A stretch of DNA of 64,000 nucleotides from Alphaproteobacteria bacterium. Its GTDB lineage: Bacteria; Pseudomonadota; Alphaproteobacteria; UBA828. Both the position numbers and the translations under genes were made by a program. The stretch lies in the NCBI GenBank assembly GCA_965220745.1, contig CBDCQT010000003.1, positions 64,001-128,000 on the forward strand, given 5' to 3'. Positions 9,424 through 21,606 of the stretch are shown piece by piece. The notes under the pieces were generated by a model. It saw only the letters and a list, made by a program, of their open reading frames with translations. It was not told the origin of the DNA and did no database searches. The stretch's first letter is position 1, and each line of letters begins with the position of its first letter.

Positions 9424-11355
9424 ATGTCGAAGAAGAAACACGATGCTCCGGAGAAGACCGGCGTCACACGCCGCGATCTGATCGGCAGCACGGCCAAGAT
9501 CGCCACCGTCGGCGGGGTGGTTGCCGCCGGGGTCGTCGGGGTCACTCCCGCCAGTCCGCCGCGCAAGGCGCACGCCGCCACCGATGCAGGCTCCGCCTAC
9601 GTGGGGCCGGGCCAACTCGACGAGTATTACGGCTTCTGGTCGAGCGGCCAGTCCGGCGAGGTGCGCGTCTTCGGCGTTCCCTCCATGCGCGAGCTCCTCC
9701 GCATACCGGTGTTCAACCGCTGCAGCGCCACCGGCTGGGGGCTCACCAACGAGAGCCGCCGGATCATGACCGAGGGGCTCACGCCCGAGACCCGGAAGTT
9801 CCTCGAATCCCGCGGCGGCATCTACACCAACGGCGATGCGCACCACCCGCACATGTCCTTCACCGACGGCACCTACGACGGGCGCTACGTCTGGATCAAC
9901 GACAAGGCGAACACGCGTGTTGCCCGCATTCGCTGCGACGTGATGAAGGTCGACAAGATCGTGGAGATCCCCAACGCCAACGACATCCACGGCCTGCGGC
10001 CCCAGAAATATCCGCGCACGGGCTACGTCTTCTGCAACGGCGAGCACGAGATTCCGCTCCCCAACGACGGCTCCGTGCTCAACGACCCTTCGCAGTACAT
10101 TGCGATCTTCACGGCGCTCGACGGCGACACCATGGAGGTGGCCTGGCAGGTGATCGTCGACGGCAACCTGGATAACGTCGATGCCGACTATCAGGGCAAG
10201 TACGCGGTCTCCACCTGCTACAATTCGGAGATGGGCATGAACCTGGAGGAGATGACCGCCGCCGAGCAGGACTGGGCCGTCGTCTTCAACATTGCCCGCA
10301 TCGAGCAGGGGGTGAAGGACGGCGACTACACCATGCACCAGGGGGTCAAGGTGCTGGACGGCCGCAAGGGCTCGCCCTACACCCGCTACATCCCGATCTC
10401 CACCAGCCCCCACGGCGTCAACACGGCGCCCGACGGCCACCACATCGTCATCAACGGCAAGCTGTCGCCGACCGTCTCGGTCATCGACGTGCGCCGTCTC
10501 GACGATCTGTTCGGCGACAAGATCGCGCCGCGCGACGTGATCGTCGCCGAGCCCGAACTGGGCCTCGGGCCGCTCCACACCGCCTTCGACGGACACGGCA
10601 ACTGCTTCACGACGATCTTCCTCGACAGCCAAGTCTGCAAGTGGAACATGGATGCCGCGATTCGCCAGTACAATGGCGAGGAGGTGGACCCGATCGTCGA
10701 GAAGATCGACGTGCACTACCAGCCGGGGCACAACCACACCTCCATGGGCGAGACCAAGGAGGCGGATGGCAAGTGGCTGGTCTCGCTCAACAAGTTCTCG
10801 AAGGACCGGTTCATCAACGTGGGCCCGCTCAAGCCCGAATGCGAGCAGCTCATCGACATCTCGGGCGACAAGATGGAGCTGGTCCATGACGGCCCCACCT
10901 TCTCGGAGCCCCACGACTGCATCATCGTCCATCGCTCCAAGGTGAACCCGAAGCAGATCTGGGACCGTGAAGACCCAACCTGGGAGGAGGCGCGTCAGCA
11001 GGCGGCGAAGGATGGTGTCGATCTCGACTGGGGCGAGGACGTGATCCGCGACGGCAACAAGGTGCGGGTCTACATGTACTCGATCGCACCCGCGTTCAGT
11101 CTCGAGACCTTCGAGGTGAACGAGGGCGACGAGGTCACCGTCTACATCACCAACCAGGACGATGTGGACGACCTCAGCCACGGCTGGTCGCTTTCCAACT
11201 ACGGGGTGGCCATGGAGGTGGCGCCCCAGGCGACAGCGTCGGTGACGTTTACTGCCGACCGGCCCGGCGTACACTGGTTCTATTGCCAGTGGTTCTGTCA
11301 TGCGCTGCACATGGAGATGCGCGGGCGCATGTTCGTGAAGCCCAAGACCGCCTGA
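9424..11355 (+). CDS. nosZ: Nitrous-oxide reductase, clade I (Tat-exported)
   Basis: TRRDLI Tat motif, CuZ His motifs DAHHPH, PHG, GPLH, PGH, EPHD; CuA motif [12 protein letters not shown]. Confidence 0.98.
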   Translation: MSKKKHDAPEKTGVTRRDLIGSTAKIATVGGVVAAGVVGVTPASPPRKAHAATDAGSAYVGPGQLDEYYGFWSSGQSGEVRVFGVPSMRELLRIPVFNRCSATGWGLTNESRRIMTEGLTPETRKFLESRGGIYTNGDAHHPHMSFTDGTYDGRYVWINDKANTRVARIRCDVMKVDKIVEIPNANDIHGLRPQKYPRTGYVFCNGEHEIPLPNDGSVLNDPSQYIAIFTALDGDTMEVAWQVIVDGNLDNVDADYQGKYAVSTCYNSEMGMNLEEMTAAEQDWAVVFNIARIEQGVKDGDYTMHQGVKVLDGRKGSPYTRYIPISTSPHGVNTAPDGHHIVINGKLSPTVSVIDVRRLDDLFGDKIAPRDVIVAEPELGLGPLHTAFDGHGNCFTTIFLDSQVCKWNMDAAIRQYNGEEVDPIVEKIDVHYQPGHNHTSMGETKEADGKWLVSLNKFSKDRFINVGPLKPECEQLIDISGDKMELVHDGPTFSEPHDCIIVHRSKVNPKQIWDREDPTWEEARQQAAKDGVDLDWGEDVIRDGNKVRVYMYSIAPAFSLETFEVNEGDEVTVYITNQDDVDDLSHGWSLSNYGVAMEVAPQATASVTFTADRPGVHWFYCQWFCHALHMEMRGRMFVKPKTA

Positions 11356-12622
11356 TGCGCGTGCGGTGCGCGGCGCTCGCTCTCGGCGTGGCGGTGGCGT
11401 TGTTTGCCGCCGCCGCGGGAGAGGTGCGCGCCGCGCCCGCCGCCGTCATCGAGGTCTCGCCCGGCGAAGGGACGCTGCAGGCTGCGCTGGATGCAGCCCT
11501 GCCCGGCGCGGTGCTCCGGCTCGCGCCGGGCCTTTATCCTGGGCCGATCGTCATTGACCGGCCGCTGACGTTGGAGGGGGCGCCCGGCGTTATCCTCGAC
11601 GGTGGCGGGCAAGGGCGCGTGCTTAGCGTCGTCGCGCCGGACGTGGTGGTGCGCGGGCTCACCGTCCGCAACTCCGGCACGAGCCTTGCCGATACCGACG
11701 CCGGCATCTTCCTCGACAAGCCGGCCAAGGGGGCGCTGATCGAGGACAACTGGCTGGAGAACAATCTGTTCGGCATCTACCTGCACGGCGCCCGTAATGC
11801 GCTGGTGCGGGACAACGTGGTGATCGGCAACCGCGACTTGCGCATGAGCGAGCGCGGCAACGGCATCCATCTCTGGGCGGCCAGGGGCTCGGTGGTCGAG
11901 GGAAACACCGTGCGTTACGGCCGCGACGGCATCTTCGTCACCACCAGCCGCAAGAACGCGTTTCGCAACAACCGCTTCCGCGAACTCCGCTTCGCTATCC
12001 ACTACATGTACACGCACGACAGCGAGGTGAGCGGCAACGTCTCCCACGACAATCACGTGGGCTACGCGCTGATGTACTCCGATCGCCTGCGCGTGTTCGA
12101 CAATCGCTCCACAGGCGACCGCGATCACGGCTTCCTCTTCAACTTCACCAACAAGTCGCGCATCGAGCGCAATCTCGTGCGCGCCGGCCGCGACAAGTGC
12201 GTCTTTCTCTACAATGCGAACCGCAACGTGCTCAGCGGCAATCTCTTCGAGGGCTGCGCCATCGGCATCCACTTCACCGCAGGCTCCGAGGGCAACCGCA
12301 TCGCGGGCAACGGCTTCGTGGGCAACGCGACCCAGGTGAAATACGTCGGCACGCGCCACGTCGAGTGGTCCGACGAAGGCGTCGGCAACTATTGGAGCGA
12401 CAATCCTGCCCTTGATCTCGACGGCGACGGCATCGGCGACGTGCCCTACAGGCCCAACGATCTCGTCGACCAAGTGGTCTGGCGCCACCCGCTGGCCAAG
12501 CTGCTGCTGACCAGCCCGTCGGTGCGCATCCTGCGATGGGCTCACGACCGCTTTCCCTCCATCTATCCGGGCGGGGTGATCGATTCCGCACCGCTGATGC
12601 GACCACCTGAGTTGGAGACCGG

Positions 12623-12626
<4 letters not shown>
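11355..12626 (+). CDS. nosD: NosD periplasmic copper-maturation protein
   Basis: Beta-helix repeats, SERGNGIHLW, RDGIF, HYMY, GNYWSD; follows nosZ. Confidence 0.95.
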
Positions 12627-13557
<931 letters not shown>

Positions 13558-13561
<4 letters not shown>

Positions 13562-14385
13562 CGGCGGTCGCAACCATCGCCGGGCGGGAGGTTTTGGCCG
13601 GCATCCGCAACCGCTGGATGCTCGCCGCCGCCTTGCTCCTCGGCGTGCTGGCGCTGACTCTGGCCTTCGTGGGCAGCGCGCCGGGCGGGCCGGTCGCCGC
13701 CTCGCGTCTCGCGATCACGGTGGTCAGCCTCTCCAGCCTCTCGGTCTTCCTGGTGCCGCTCATCGGGCTGCTGGTGAGCTACGACACGCTGGTGGGCGAG
13801 ATCGAGCGCGGCACCATGCCTCTGCTGATGACCCATCCGGTCACCCGCCTGCGCATCGTGCTCGGCAAGTTCGCGGGTCAGGTGGCGATCCTCGCCATCG
13901 CCACAGTCGTAGGCTTCGGCGTCGCCGCGCTCGCCACCGGCCTCGGCGATGGCGGCGATGCCGAGGCCTGGCGCGCTTTCGGCGTCATGGTCGGCGGCTC
14001 GATTCTGCTTGGCGCCGCCTTCATCGCGCTCGGCACGCTTATCAGCGCCGTGGTGGCCGAGCGCGGCACGGCGGCCGGCATCTCGGCGGCGGTGTGGCTG
14101 GTCTTCGTCGTGCTCTTCGACATGGCGCTGCTCGCCGTGCTCGTGGCGGACGAAGGGCAGGTAATCTCCGGCGACCTCTTCCGCGTGCTGCTCCTGCTCA
14201 ACCCGACCGACGTCTACCGCATGCTGACGCTTGCCGGCTCCGAGACCGTGGGCGCGCTCTCCGGCATGGCGGGGGTGAGCGCCGAGGCGGCCTTCGGTCA
14301 CGCGATCCTGTTCCCGGTCATGGTGCTCTGGATCGCGGTGCCACTCGGCCTCGCGGGCCTCCTGTTCGGGAGGAAGGAGCTGTGA
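13558..14385 (+). CDS. nosY: NosY ABC permease
   Basis: RNRW, GEIERGT, LLNPTDVYR; hydrophobic; operon position. Confidence 0.93.
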
Positions 14386-14930
14386 GACGCGCGCTTGCCC
14401 TGCTGGCTATCGGCCTGCTCGCGCTCTCGGGCGCTGCCGGCTGCGGCGAGGACGACGACGTTGTCGCCAAGCCGGCGCCGGTGGAGCCAACACGCGAGGC
14501 CTCCGGCCACTACTGCGGCATGATCCTGGTCGACCACAGCGGGCCCAAGGCGCAGGTTCACTTGCCCAACCAGCCGGAGCCGGTGTGGTTCTCCTCGGTG
14601 CGCGACGCCATCGCCTTCACCATGCTGCCGGAGGAGCCGCGCAACTACACCGCGATCTACGTCAACGACATGGGCGTGGCCCGGTGGGACGCGCCCGAGC
14701 CCGGCACCTGGATCGACGCGAACGGCGCCTGGTACGTGATCGGGAGCGACCGGATGGGCGGCATGGGCGTGCCCGAGGCTGTGCCGTTCGCCACGCAAGA
14801 GGCCGCCGAGCGTTTCGTGGCGGCGCACGGCGGGCGCATCGTCGCGCTCACCGAGGTGCCGCAGAGCTACATCTTCGCCTATGCCGACGAGGACGACCCC
14901 GCCATGCCGGCGCATGGAGACCATCAATGA
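14382..14930 (+). CDS. nosL: NosL copper chaperone lipoprotein
   Basis: Lipobox AAGC, GHYCGM, GPKAQ, WFSSVRD, GGMGVPEAVPF. Confidence 0.93.
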   Translation: MRRALALLAIGLLALSGAAGCGEDDDVVAKPAPVEPTREASGHYCGMILVDHSGPKAQVHLPNQPEPVWFSSVRDAIAFTMLPEEPRNYTAIYVNDMGVARWDAPEPGTWIDANGAWYVIGSDRMGGMGVPEAVPFATQEAAERFVAAHGGRIVALTEVPQSYIFAYADEDDPAMPAHGDHQ

Positions 14931-15919
14931 CGCGCTGTCCCGCTGCCGCGCCGACCCGGCGGCGCTTCGTGGCCATCGCGGCCGCTGCCGCCGGCCTGCC
15001 CTTCGCGGCGATCCGGGCCGGCGCTGAGACAACGCATCTGCACCGCTGGTCCGGCATTGCGCTCGGCGCTGCGGCGGAGATCGTCCTTTACGATCCCGAT
15101 GCTTCCCGCGCGCGCCGCTTGATCGCACGCAGCGTCGCCGAGATCGACCGGCTGGAGGACGTGTTCAGCCTCTACCGGCCCGAGAGCGCCATCTCGCGCC
15201 TCAACCGGGACGGTTGGCTCGGAGTGCCGCCGCTGGAGCTGGTTGCGCTGCTGGCCGAGGCCCGCTCCTACTCGGAGCGGACAGAGGTCGCCTTCGACGT
15301 CACCGTGCAGCCGCTCTGGCGCCTCTACGCCACGCACTTCGCCAGGCCCGGCGCCGATCCACGCGGGCCGGCCGAGGCCGAGCACGCCAACGCGCAGGCG
15401 CTGGTGGATTACCGCGCCATCGAGATCAAGCCTGCCGAGGTCCGCTTCGCCCGACGGGGGATGGCGATCACCCTCAACGGCATCGCCCAGGGCTACATCA
15501 CCGACCGTGTGGCGACGCTGCTGCAGGACGCCGGCATGGGCGATGTTCTGCTCGACATCGGCGAAGTCCGGGCGCTCGGCCGTCATCCCGACGGCCGCCC
15601 CTGGCATGTCGGTCTCCGCCGCGCGGCAGAGCCCGAGACGGTCGCGCGCACCGTCGCGCTGACCGACCGCGCCGTCGCCACCTCGGCCGGCATCGCGAGC
15701 CCCTTCGATGCGAGCGGGCGCCACCACCACCTGTTCGACCCCGCGACCGGCAGGCCCGCGCAGGCAGCGGGGCAGGTCTCGGTGATCGCGCCCCGCGCCA
15801 CCATGGCCGATGCCCTCTCCACCGCGCTCGCCGTGTCCTCGCCCGCGCGCGCCGCCGCTTTCGCCGCCCGCTTCCCCGAGATCGAGGTGGTGATCGATGG
15901 GATGAGCCAGCCGTCGTAG
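14927..15919 (+). CDS. nosX: NosX (ApbE-family FAD:protein FMN transferase), Tat signal
   Basis: TRRRFVAI, FDVTVQPLW, TLNGIAQGY, ATSAG, HLFDPATG, ADALST. Confidence 0.93.
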   Translation: MTRCPAAAPTRRRFVAIAAAAAGLPFAAIRAGAETTHLHRWSGIALGAAAEIVLYDPDASRARRLIARSVAEIDRLEDVFSLYRPESAISRLNRDGWLGVPPLELVALLAEARSYSERTEVAFDVTVQPLWRLYATHFARPGADPRGPAEAEHANAQALVDYRAIEIKPAEVRFARRGMAITLNGIAQGYITDRVATLLQDAGMGDVLLDIGEVRALGRHPDGRPWHVGLRRAAEPETVARTVALTDRAVATSAGIASPFDASGRHHHLFDPATGRPAQAAGQVSVIAPRATMADALSTALAVSSPARAAAFAARFPEIEVVIDGMSQPS

Positions 15920-15988
15920 CGGCTCCCCTCTACGGCGCTCCTTGGCTAGGATGCGCCCCGATTCCTCTTCCCGCCGAGCGGGCGCCCG

Positions 15989-16954
15989 ATGGCCGTCTAC
16001 ACCGAAGTCTCCGACGACGAGCTCGCCGCGTTCATCGCGGAGTACGACATCGGCACGGCCGTCTCCTGCAAGGGCATCGCCGAGGGCGTCGAGAACTCCA
16101 ACTACCTGCTGCTGACCGAGAGCGGCCCCTACATCCTTACGCTTTACGAGAAGCGGGTCGATGCCAGGGACCTGCCGTTCTTCCTCGGGCTGATCGAGCA
16201 CCTGGCGGCGCGCGGCGTGCCCTGTCCGGTGCCTGTCCACGGCCGCGACGGCGCGGTGTTGCGCACCCTCTGCGAGCGGCCGGCGGCGATCACGAGCTTC
16301 CTCGCCGGCGTCTGGCCCAGGCGCCCGCGGCCCGAGCACTGCGCCGAGCTGGGCGAGGCACTTGCGCGGATGCATCTGGCGGGACTCGACTACCCGGCAG
16401 AGCGCGCCAACGCGCTCTCCGTCGACAGCTGGCGGCCGCTCTTCGAGAGGTGCCGCACCGGCGCCGACGACGTGGTCCCCGGCCTTTCGGCCGAGGTCTC
16501 GGCGGCCCTCGACCGCATCGAGGCGGAATGGCCGCGCGATCTGCCGCGCGGCGTGGTCCACGCCGATCTCTTCCCCGACAACGTCTTCTTCGAGCGGAAC
16601 CGGCTCAGCGGCCTGATCGACTTCTACTTCGCCTGCAACGACGCGCTGGTCTACGACCTCGCGGTCTGCCTCAACGCCTGGTGCTTCGAGCCGGACCTCA
16701 GCTTCAACGTGACCAAGGCACGCCTCATGATCGGGCGCTACCGCGCGGTGCGCCGCTGCTCCGAGGCTGAGATCGCAGCCCTCCCGCGGCTCGCCGAGGG
16801 CGCGGCGCTGCGCTTCCTGCTCACCCGTCTCTACGACTGGATCAACCAGGTGGACGGCGCCCTGGTCAAACCCAAGGACCCCCGCGAGTACCTGCACAAG
16901 CTCCGCTTCCATCGCGGCGTGTCGGGCCCCGGCGCCTACGGGATCGAGCCGTGA
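15989..16954 (+). CDS. thrB: Homoserine kinase type II
   Basis: [44 protein letters not shown]. Confidence 0.95.
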   Translation: MAVYTEVSDDELAAFIAEYDIGTAVSCKGIAEGVENSNYLLLTESGPYILTLYEKRVDARDLPFFLGLIEHLAARGVPCPVPVHGRDGAVLRTLCERPAAITSFLAGVWPRRPRPEHCAELGEALARMHLAGLDYPAERANALSVDSWRPLFERCRTGADDVVPGLSAEVSAALDRIEAEWPRDLPRGVVHADLFPDNVFFERNRLSGLIDFYFACNDALVYDLAVCLNAWCFEPDLSFNVTKARLMIGRYRAVRRCSEAEIAALPRLAEGAALRFLLTRLYDWINQVDGALVKPKDPREYLHKLRFHRGVSGPGAYGIEP

Positions 16955-17385
16955 CTGTGGCGATCTATACCGACGGTGCCTGCAGCGGCAATCCGGGGCC
17001 GGGCGGCTGGGGTGCGGTGCTGCTCTATGGCGAGCACCGGCGCGAGATCAGCGGTGCGGCGCCCGAGACTACCAACAACCGCATGGAGCTGACCGCCGCG
17101 ATCCGGGCGCTGGAGGCGCTCAAGCGACACTCCGCGGTCGCCCTCTACACCGACAGCACCTACGTGAAGGACGGCATCACCCGCTGGCTCCCCGGCTGGA
17201 AGGCCAAGGGATGGCGCACCGCCTCCAAGTCCCCGGTCAAGAACCGCGACCTGTGGGAGGCCCTCGATGCGCTCGCGCAGAGCCACGACGTGACCTGGCA
17301 CTGGGTGAAGGGCCACGCCGGCAATCCTGAGAACGAGCGCGCCGATGCGCTCGCCCGCGAGGCACTGAAGGCCGCAGCAGCGTAG
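16951..17385 (+). CDS. rnhA: Ribonuclease HI
   Basis: [37 protein letters not shown]. Confidence 0.97.
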   Translation: MTVAIYTDGACSGNPGPGGWGAVLLYGEHRREISGAAPETTNNRMELTAAIRALEALKRHSAVALYTDSTYVKDGITRWLPGWKAKGWRTASKSPVKNRDLWEALDALAQSHDVTWHWVKGHAGNPENERADALAREALKAAAA

Positions 17386-17401
17386 CCGGTCGCCGGGCCG
17401 G

Positions 17402-20400
17402 CTACTCCGCGGCGCTGGCCTGGGCGACTGGGGCGCGGAAGGCGGCCAGCAGCTCGGCCTCGCGCTCCTTCGCGCAGGCGATGTTGGCTTCCTTCACGTG
17501 GCCGAAGCCTCGCATGGCAAGCGGCACTTCCGCGATCTCCACGGCGAGCGCGTGGTTGTCGGACTCGAGGCCGGCGATCAGCGTCTCCACCGTCGCCTCG
17601 TACTCGCCGATCAGCGCGCGCTCCCGGCGCCGCTCGGCGCTGTAGCCGAAGATGTCGAGCGGCGTCCCGCGCAGGCCCTTGAACTGCGCCAGCAGACGGA
17701 AGGCCGAGAGCATCCAGGGGCCGAAAATGCGCTTCTTCAGGTGGCCTGTCGCAGGATCGCGCCCGGCGATGAGCGGTGGCGCCATGCTGAACCGGAGCCC
17801 GACCGAGCCCTCAAACTCCGCCTCCACCTGCCGACGGAAGCGGCCGTCGGTGTAGAGCCGGGCGACCTCGTATTCGTCCTTGTAGGCGAGCAGCTTGTGG
17901 TAGGCGCGGGCGACCGCCTCGCCAAACCCCTCGCGGCCGGGCGCCCGTGCGCGTTCGGCCTCGCGCGCGCGGCTCACCAGGGCGCGGTAGCGGCTGGCAA
18001 GCGCGGTGTTTTGATAGGCCCGGAGGTCGGAGGCGCGCCGCTCGATCAGCGCGTCCAGCCCTTGCGCTTGCGGCTCCTGCGGCAGGGTGCCGGTCTCGGC
18101 CGCTGCGGCGGTGACCGCGTCGGCATCGTGCGCGGCCGCTCGGCCCCAGCGGAAGGCACGCTGGTTGGCCTCGACCGCGACGGCGTTGAGCGCGATCGCC
18201 CGCTCGATGGCCTCGGCGCCGAGCGGGACCAGGCCGCGCTGGTATGCGAAGCCCAGGAGGAAGAGGTTGGTGTAGACGGCATCGCCCACCAGCGCCGTCG
18301 CCAGGCGGGTCGCGTCCACGACATCGAGCGTGCGCGCCGCCGCCCCGATCACGCCTTCGAGCTGCGCGCCGGGGAATTCCAGGTCGGGCGTGCGGGTAAA
18401 GTCGCCGGTCGTGATCGGGCCGCCGTTGACCACGGCGTGAGAGGCGCTCTTGTCGAGCCGTGACACCGCTTCGCGGCTCGCCGCCACCACCCGGTCGATT
18501 CCCAGCAGCAGACGGGCGCCGCCGACCGCGATGCGCACCGCGTGCAGGTCCTCGGGCCGCTCGGCGATGCGGATATGGCTGGTGACGGCGCCGTACTTCT
18601 GGGCGAGGCCGGCCTTGTCCAGCACCGTGGCGCCCTTGCCTTCCAGCCGCGCCGCCGTGCCCAGAAGTGCGGCGAGGGTGACGATCCCGGTGCCGCCCAC
18701 GCCCGCAAGCAGAATACCGTAAGGCTCCGTACACGAGGGGCGCGTCGGCTCCGGCAGTGCGACTATGGGCCGCTCGGATACGCCTGACGACGAACCCGCT
18801 CGCCGCTTCCCGCCCTTGACCAGCACGAAGCTCGGGCAGAAGCCCTTGATGCAGGAGAAATCCTTGTTGCAGGCGGATTGGTCGATGGCCCGCTTGCGCC
18901 CGAACTCGGTCTCCAGCGGCACCACCGAGAGGCAATTGGACTGCACGCCGCAGTCGCCGCAGCCCTCGCACACGTCCGGGTTGATGATGACCCGCCAGTC
19001 CGGGTCCTCCAGCAGCCCGCGCTTGCGCCGGCGCCGCTTCTCGGTTGCGCACATCTGATCGTAGACGATGGCCGAGACCCCTTCCCACTGGCGCAGATCG
19101 CGCTGCACCCGGTCGAGCTCGTCCCGGTGATGGATCGTGACGCCGTCCGCGAACTGCCCGTCGAAGGGATATTTCTCGGGCTGGTCGGTGACCACCGCGA
19201 TGCGGCCGACGCCCTCCGCCTGGACCTGGCGGGTCACGCGCTGGACCGAGAGCGGCCCGTCCATGGGCTGGCCGCCGGTCATCGCCACCGCGTCGTTGTA
19301 GAGAATCTTGTAGGTCATGTTGACGCCGGCGGCGACCGCCGCCCGGATCGCCAGAATGCCGGAGTGGAAGTAGGTGCCGTCGCCGATGTTCTGGAAGATG
19401 TGCTCGGTCTCGGTGAAGGGCGCCTGCCCGATCCAGTTCGCCCCCTCGCCGCCCATGTGGGTGTAGGTGTCGGTCTCGCGGTCCATCCACTGCGCCATGT
19501 AGTGGCAGCCGATGCCGGCGAGCGCGCGGCTCCCCTCGGGCACCTTGGTCGAGCTGTTGTGCGGGCAGCCCGAGCAGAAGTAGGGCACCCGCTCCATCGC
19601 CGCAGGCTCCCTGGCGGCGCTCTCGTCCCATCTGGACCGCAGGCGGGCCAGTCGCGCCTCGATGCCCTCGTCGGCGCCGAGGCGCAGCAGCCGCTCGGCG
19701 AGCGTCTGTGCCACCCCGCCGGGGTCGAGCTCGCCCGAGGCGCGGAGCAGCGGGCGCCCTTCCTCGTCGCATTTGCCGATCACGCGGGGTCTCTCCGTCG
19801 CGGGCAGGTTGTAGAGCAGCTCCTTGATCTGGCCCTCGATGAAGTCCCGCTTCTCCTCGACCACGAGGATCTCGTCGAGCCCGCCGGCGAAGCGCCTGAT
19901 GCCCTCAGGTTCCAGCGGCCAGCTCATGCCGACCTTGTAGAGCGCGAGGCCGAGGCGCCGCGCCGTGCCCTCGTCGATGCCGAGGTCGTCCAGCGCCTGG
20001 CGCACGTCAAGGTATGACTTGCCCGTGGTGACGATGCCGAGCCTCCGCCCCGGCCCGTCGATCACGGTGCGGTCGAGCCCGTTGGCCCGGCCGTAGGCGC
20101 GCGCCGCGTCCAGCTTGTGCTCGAGCAGCCGCTCCTCCTGGTCGAGCGGAAAGTCCGGCCAGCGGATGTTGAGCCCGCCTGCGGGCAGCGCGTGGTCTTC
20201 CGGCGTGACGATGGCGACCCGGTGCGGGTCCACCGAGACGATGGCCGAGCTGTCCACCGTCTCCGCGATGCAGATGAAGCCGACCCAGAGGCCCGAGTAG
20301 CGCGAGAGCCCCCAGCCGTGCAGCCCGTAGTCCAGGAACTCCTGCACGCCGGCGGGGTTGATCACCGGCATGGTCGCGCTCACGAAGTTGAACTCGCTCT

Positions 20401-20872
20401 GGTGCGCGGTGGTGGAGGAGGCGCAGACGTGGTCGTCGCCCGCCAGCGCGAGCACGCCGCCGTGGGCCGCCGTGCCGGCGAGGTTGGCGTGTTTGAAGAC
20501 GTCGATGGTGCGGTCGACGCCTGGCCCCTTGCCGTACCAGATGGCGAAGACGCCGTCGTGCTTCGCGCCGGGGAAGAGCCCAACCTGCTGCGTGCCCCAG
20601 AGTGCGGTGGCTGCCGTGTCCTCGTTGACGCCGGGCTGGAAGTGCACGCCGTGCTTCTCGATGAACGGCTTGGCCTGCCAGAGCGCGCGGTCGAAGTTGC
20701 CGAGCGGCGAGCCGCGATAGCCCGAGATCATGCAGGCGGTGTCGAGCTCGGCCGCCTTGTCGCGCAGGTGCTGCATCATCGGCAGCCTGACCAGCGCCTG
20801 GGTGCCGGTCATGTAGACCTCGCCCGAGAGGGCGGCGTACTTGTCGTCGAGTGAGACCGCGGCGAGGGTCAT
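17402..20872 (-). CDS. Indolepyruvate:ferredoxin oxidoreductase family protein (fused alpha-beta)
   Basis: SGYRGSPLG, WYGKGPGVDR, FCSGCPHN, GDGTYFHSG, CEGCGDC, LAYKDEYEVARL. Confidence 0.93.
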   Translation of the reverse strand: MTLAAVSLDDKYAALSGEVYMTGTQALVRLPMMQHLRDKAAELDTACMISGYRGSPLGNFDRALWQAKPFIEKHGVHFQPGVNEDTAATALWGTQQVGLFPGAKHDGVFAIWYGKGPGVDRTIDVFKHANLAGTAAHGGVLALAGDDHVCASSTTAHQSEFNFVSATMPVINPAGVQEFLDYGLHGWGLSRYSGLWVGFICIAETVDSSAIVSVDPHRVAIVTPEDHALPAGGLNIRWPDFPLDQEERLLEHKLDAARAYGRANGLDRTVIDGPGRRLGIVTTGKSYLDVRQALDDLGIDEGTARRLGLALYKVGMSWPLEPEGIRRFAGGLDEILVVEEKRDFIEGQIKELLYNLPATERPRVIGKCDEEGRPLLRASGELDPGGVAQTLAERLLRLGADEGIEARLARLRSRWDESAAREPAAMERVPYFCSGCPHNSSTKVPEGSRALAGIGCHYMAQWMDRETDTYTHMGGEGANWIGQAPFTETEHIFQNIGDGTYFHSGILAIRAAVAAGVNMTYKILYNDAVAMTGGQPMDGPLSVQRVTRQVQAEGVGRIAVVTDQPEKYPFDGQFADGVTIHHRDELDRVQRDLRQWEGVSAIVYDQMCATEKRRRRKRGLLEDPDWRVIINPDVCEGCGDCGVQSNCLSVVPLETEFGRKRAIDQSACNKDFSCIKGFCPSFVLVKGGKRRAGSSSGVSERPIVALPEPTRPSCTEPYGILLAGVGGTGIVTLAALLGTAARLEGKGATVLDKAGLAQKYGAVTSHIRIAERPEDLHAVRIAVGGARLLLGIDRVVAASREAVSRLDKSASHAVVNGGPITTGDFTRTPDLEFPGAQLEGVIGAAARTLDVVDATRLATALVGDAVYTNLFLLGFAYQRGLVPLGAEAIERAIALNAVAVEANQRAFRWGRAAAHDADAVTAAAAETGTLPQEPQAQGLDALIERRASDLRAYQNTALASRYRALVSRAREAERARAPGREGFGEAVARAYHKLLAYKDEYEVARLYTDGRFRRQVEAEFEGSVGLRFSMAPPLIAGRDPATGHLKKRIFGPWMLSAFRLLAQFKGLRGTPLDIFGYSAERRRERALIGEYEATVETLIAGLESDNHALAVEIAEVPLAMRGFGHVKEANIACAKEREAELLAAFRAPVAQASAAE

Positions 20873-21020
20873 CGCGATTCCTGTCCTCAGCGTCCGGTTC
20901 TTCTTGGGGCTAGGCCGCAAGCTGCAGCCGCCGGGTGCGCGGCCGCGCCGCCATCATACCCCAAGGCGCACCGTCGGCGCGAAGCGGCGGCGGCTGGGAT
21001 ATCCTCGAGAACTTAATTTC

Positions 21021-21106
21021 ATGCGGCCTATTCCGGCCCACTCCGGCCCAAAGTGGCCCAAGGTGGTCCAAAACCGGTGGCTCAAAGTGGCTCAAGGTGG
21101 ATCAAG
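21021..21106. repeat. Array of degenerate 10-bp direct repeats
   Basis: atgcggccta ttccggccca ctccggccca aagtggccca aggtggtcca, then gtggctcaaa gtggctcaag gtggatcaag. Confidence 0.75.
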
Positions 21107-21258
21107 ACAGCGCGGATGTGGGCGACGATCTCGAGCGAATGCCCCCTTTTGCCACGTCTCGCCAAAATGGAGTGCCTCGCGTCCGCATGGGCGGCATCGC
21201 GTGTGGCGGCGTTTTCGCGGTCTGCACAACGCATCCGCCGAGACTGACTCCGCCCGCC

Positions 21259-21531
21259 CGCGCCGTGCACCGCACCATAGTCCGGGGCACGTTCCCGGCA
21301 ACCGATGAGGAATTCGCCGTGACGGGAACCGGGCCGCAGGCCTGGACGGCGCGCTAGCGCCGCGCGCCGAAGCGAACGAAGCGTCTGCCAAGAAGAGGGT
21401 CGGACCGTAGGTCCGGAGCGCGCGACCACGCGCCGCGCCGAATGGCGCGTAGGCAAGCGAACGGAGTGAGCGCCCGCCGTTGAGGGAAATGAAAATGCGA
21501 GCGCCCGGCGATTGAGGGAAATGATTAAGTC
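21259..21531 (-). repeat. Dispersed intergenic repeat, family A, copy 2 (longer, terminal unit duplicated)
   Basis: Reverse complement matches 296-463; TTGAGGGAAATGA occurs twice (about 21480 and 21512). Confidence 0.85.
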
Positions 21532-21606
21532 CCGGAGCGCACGTTGCATTGCTTTCACAGCGACGTGCTGACACCCTCGCGCCGGCGTGCAGCACAGGAG
21601 ACGAGC

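Noticed and set aside
21021-21106. Possible CRISPR array
   Set aside because: Units are 10 bp with no unique spacers, and there are no cas genes.
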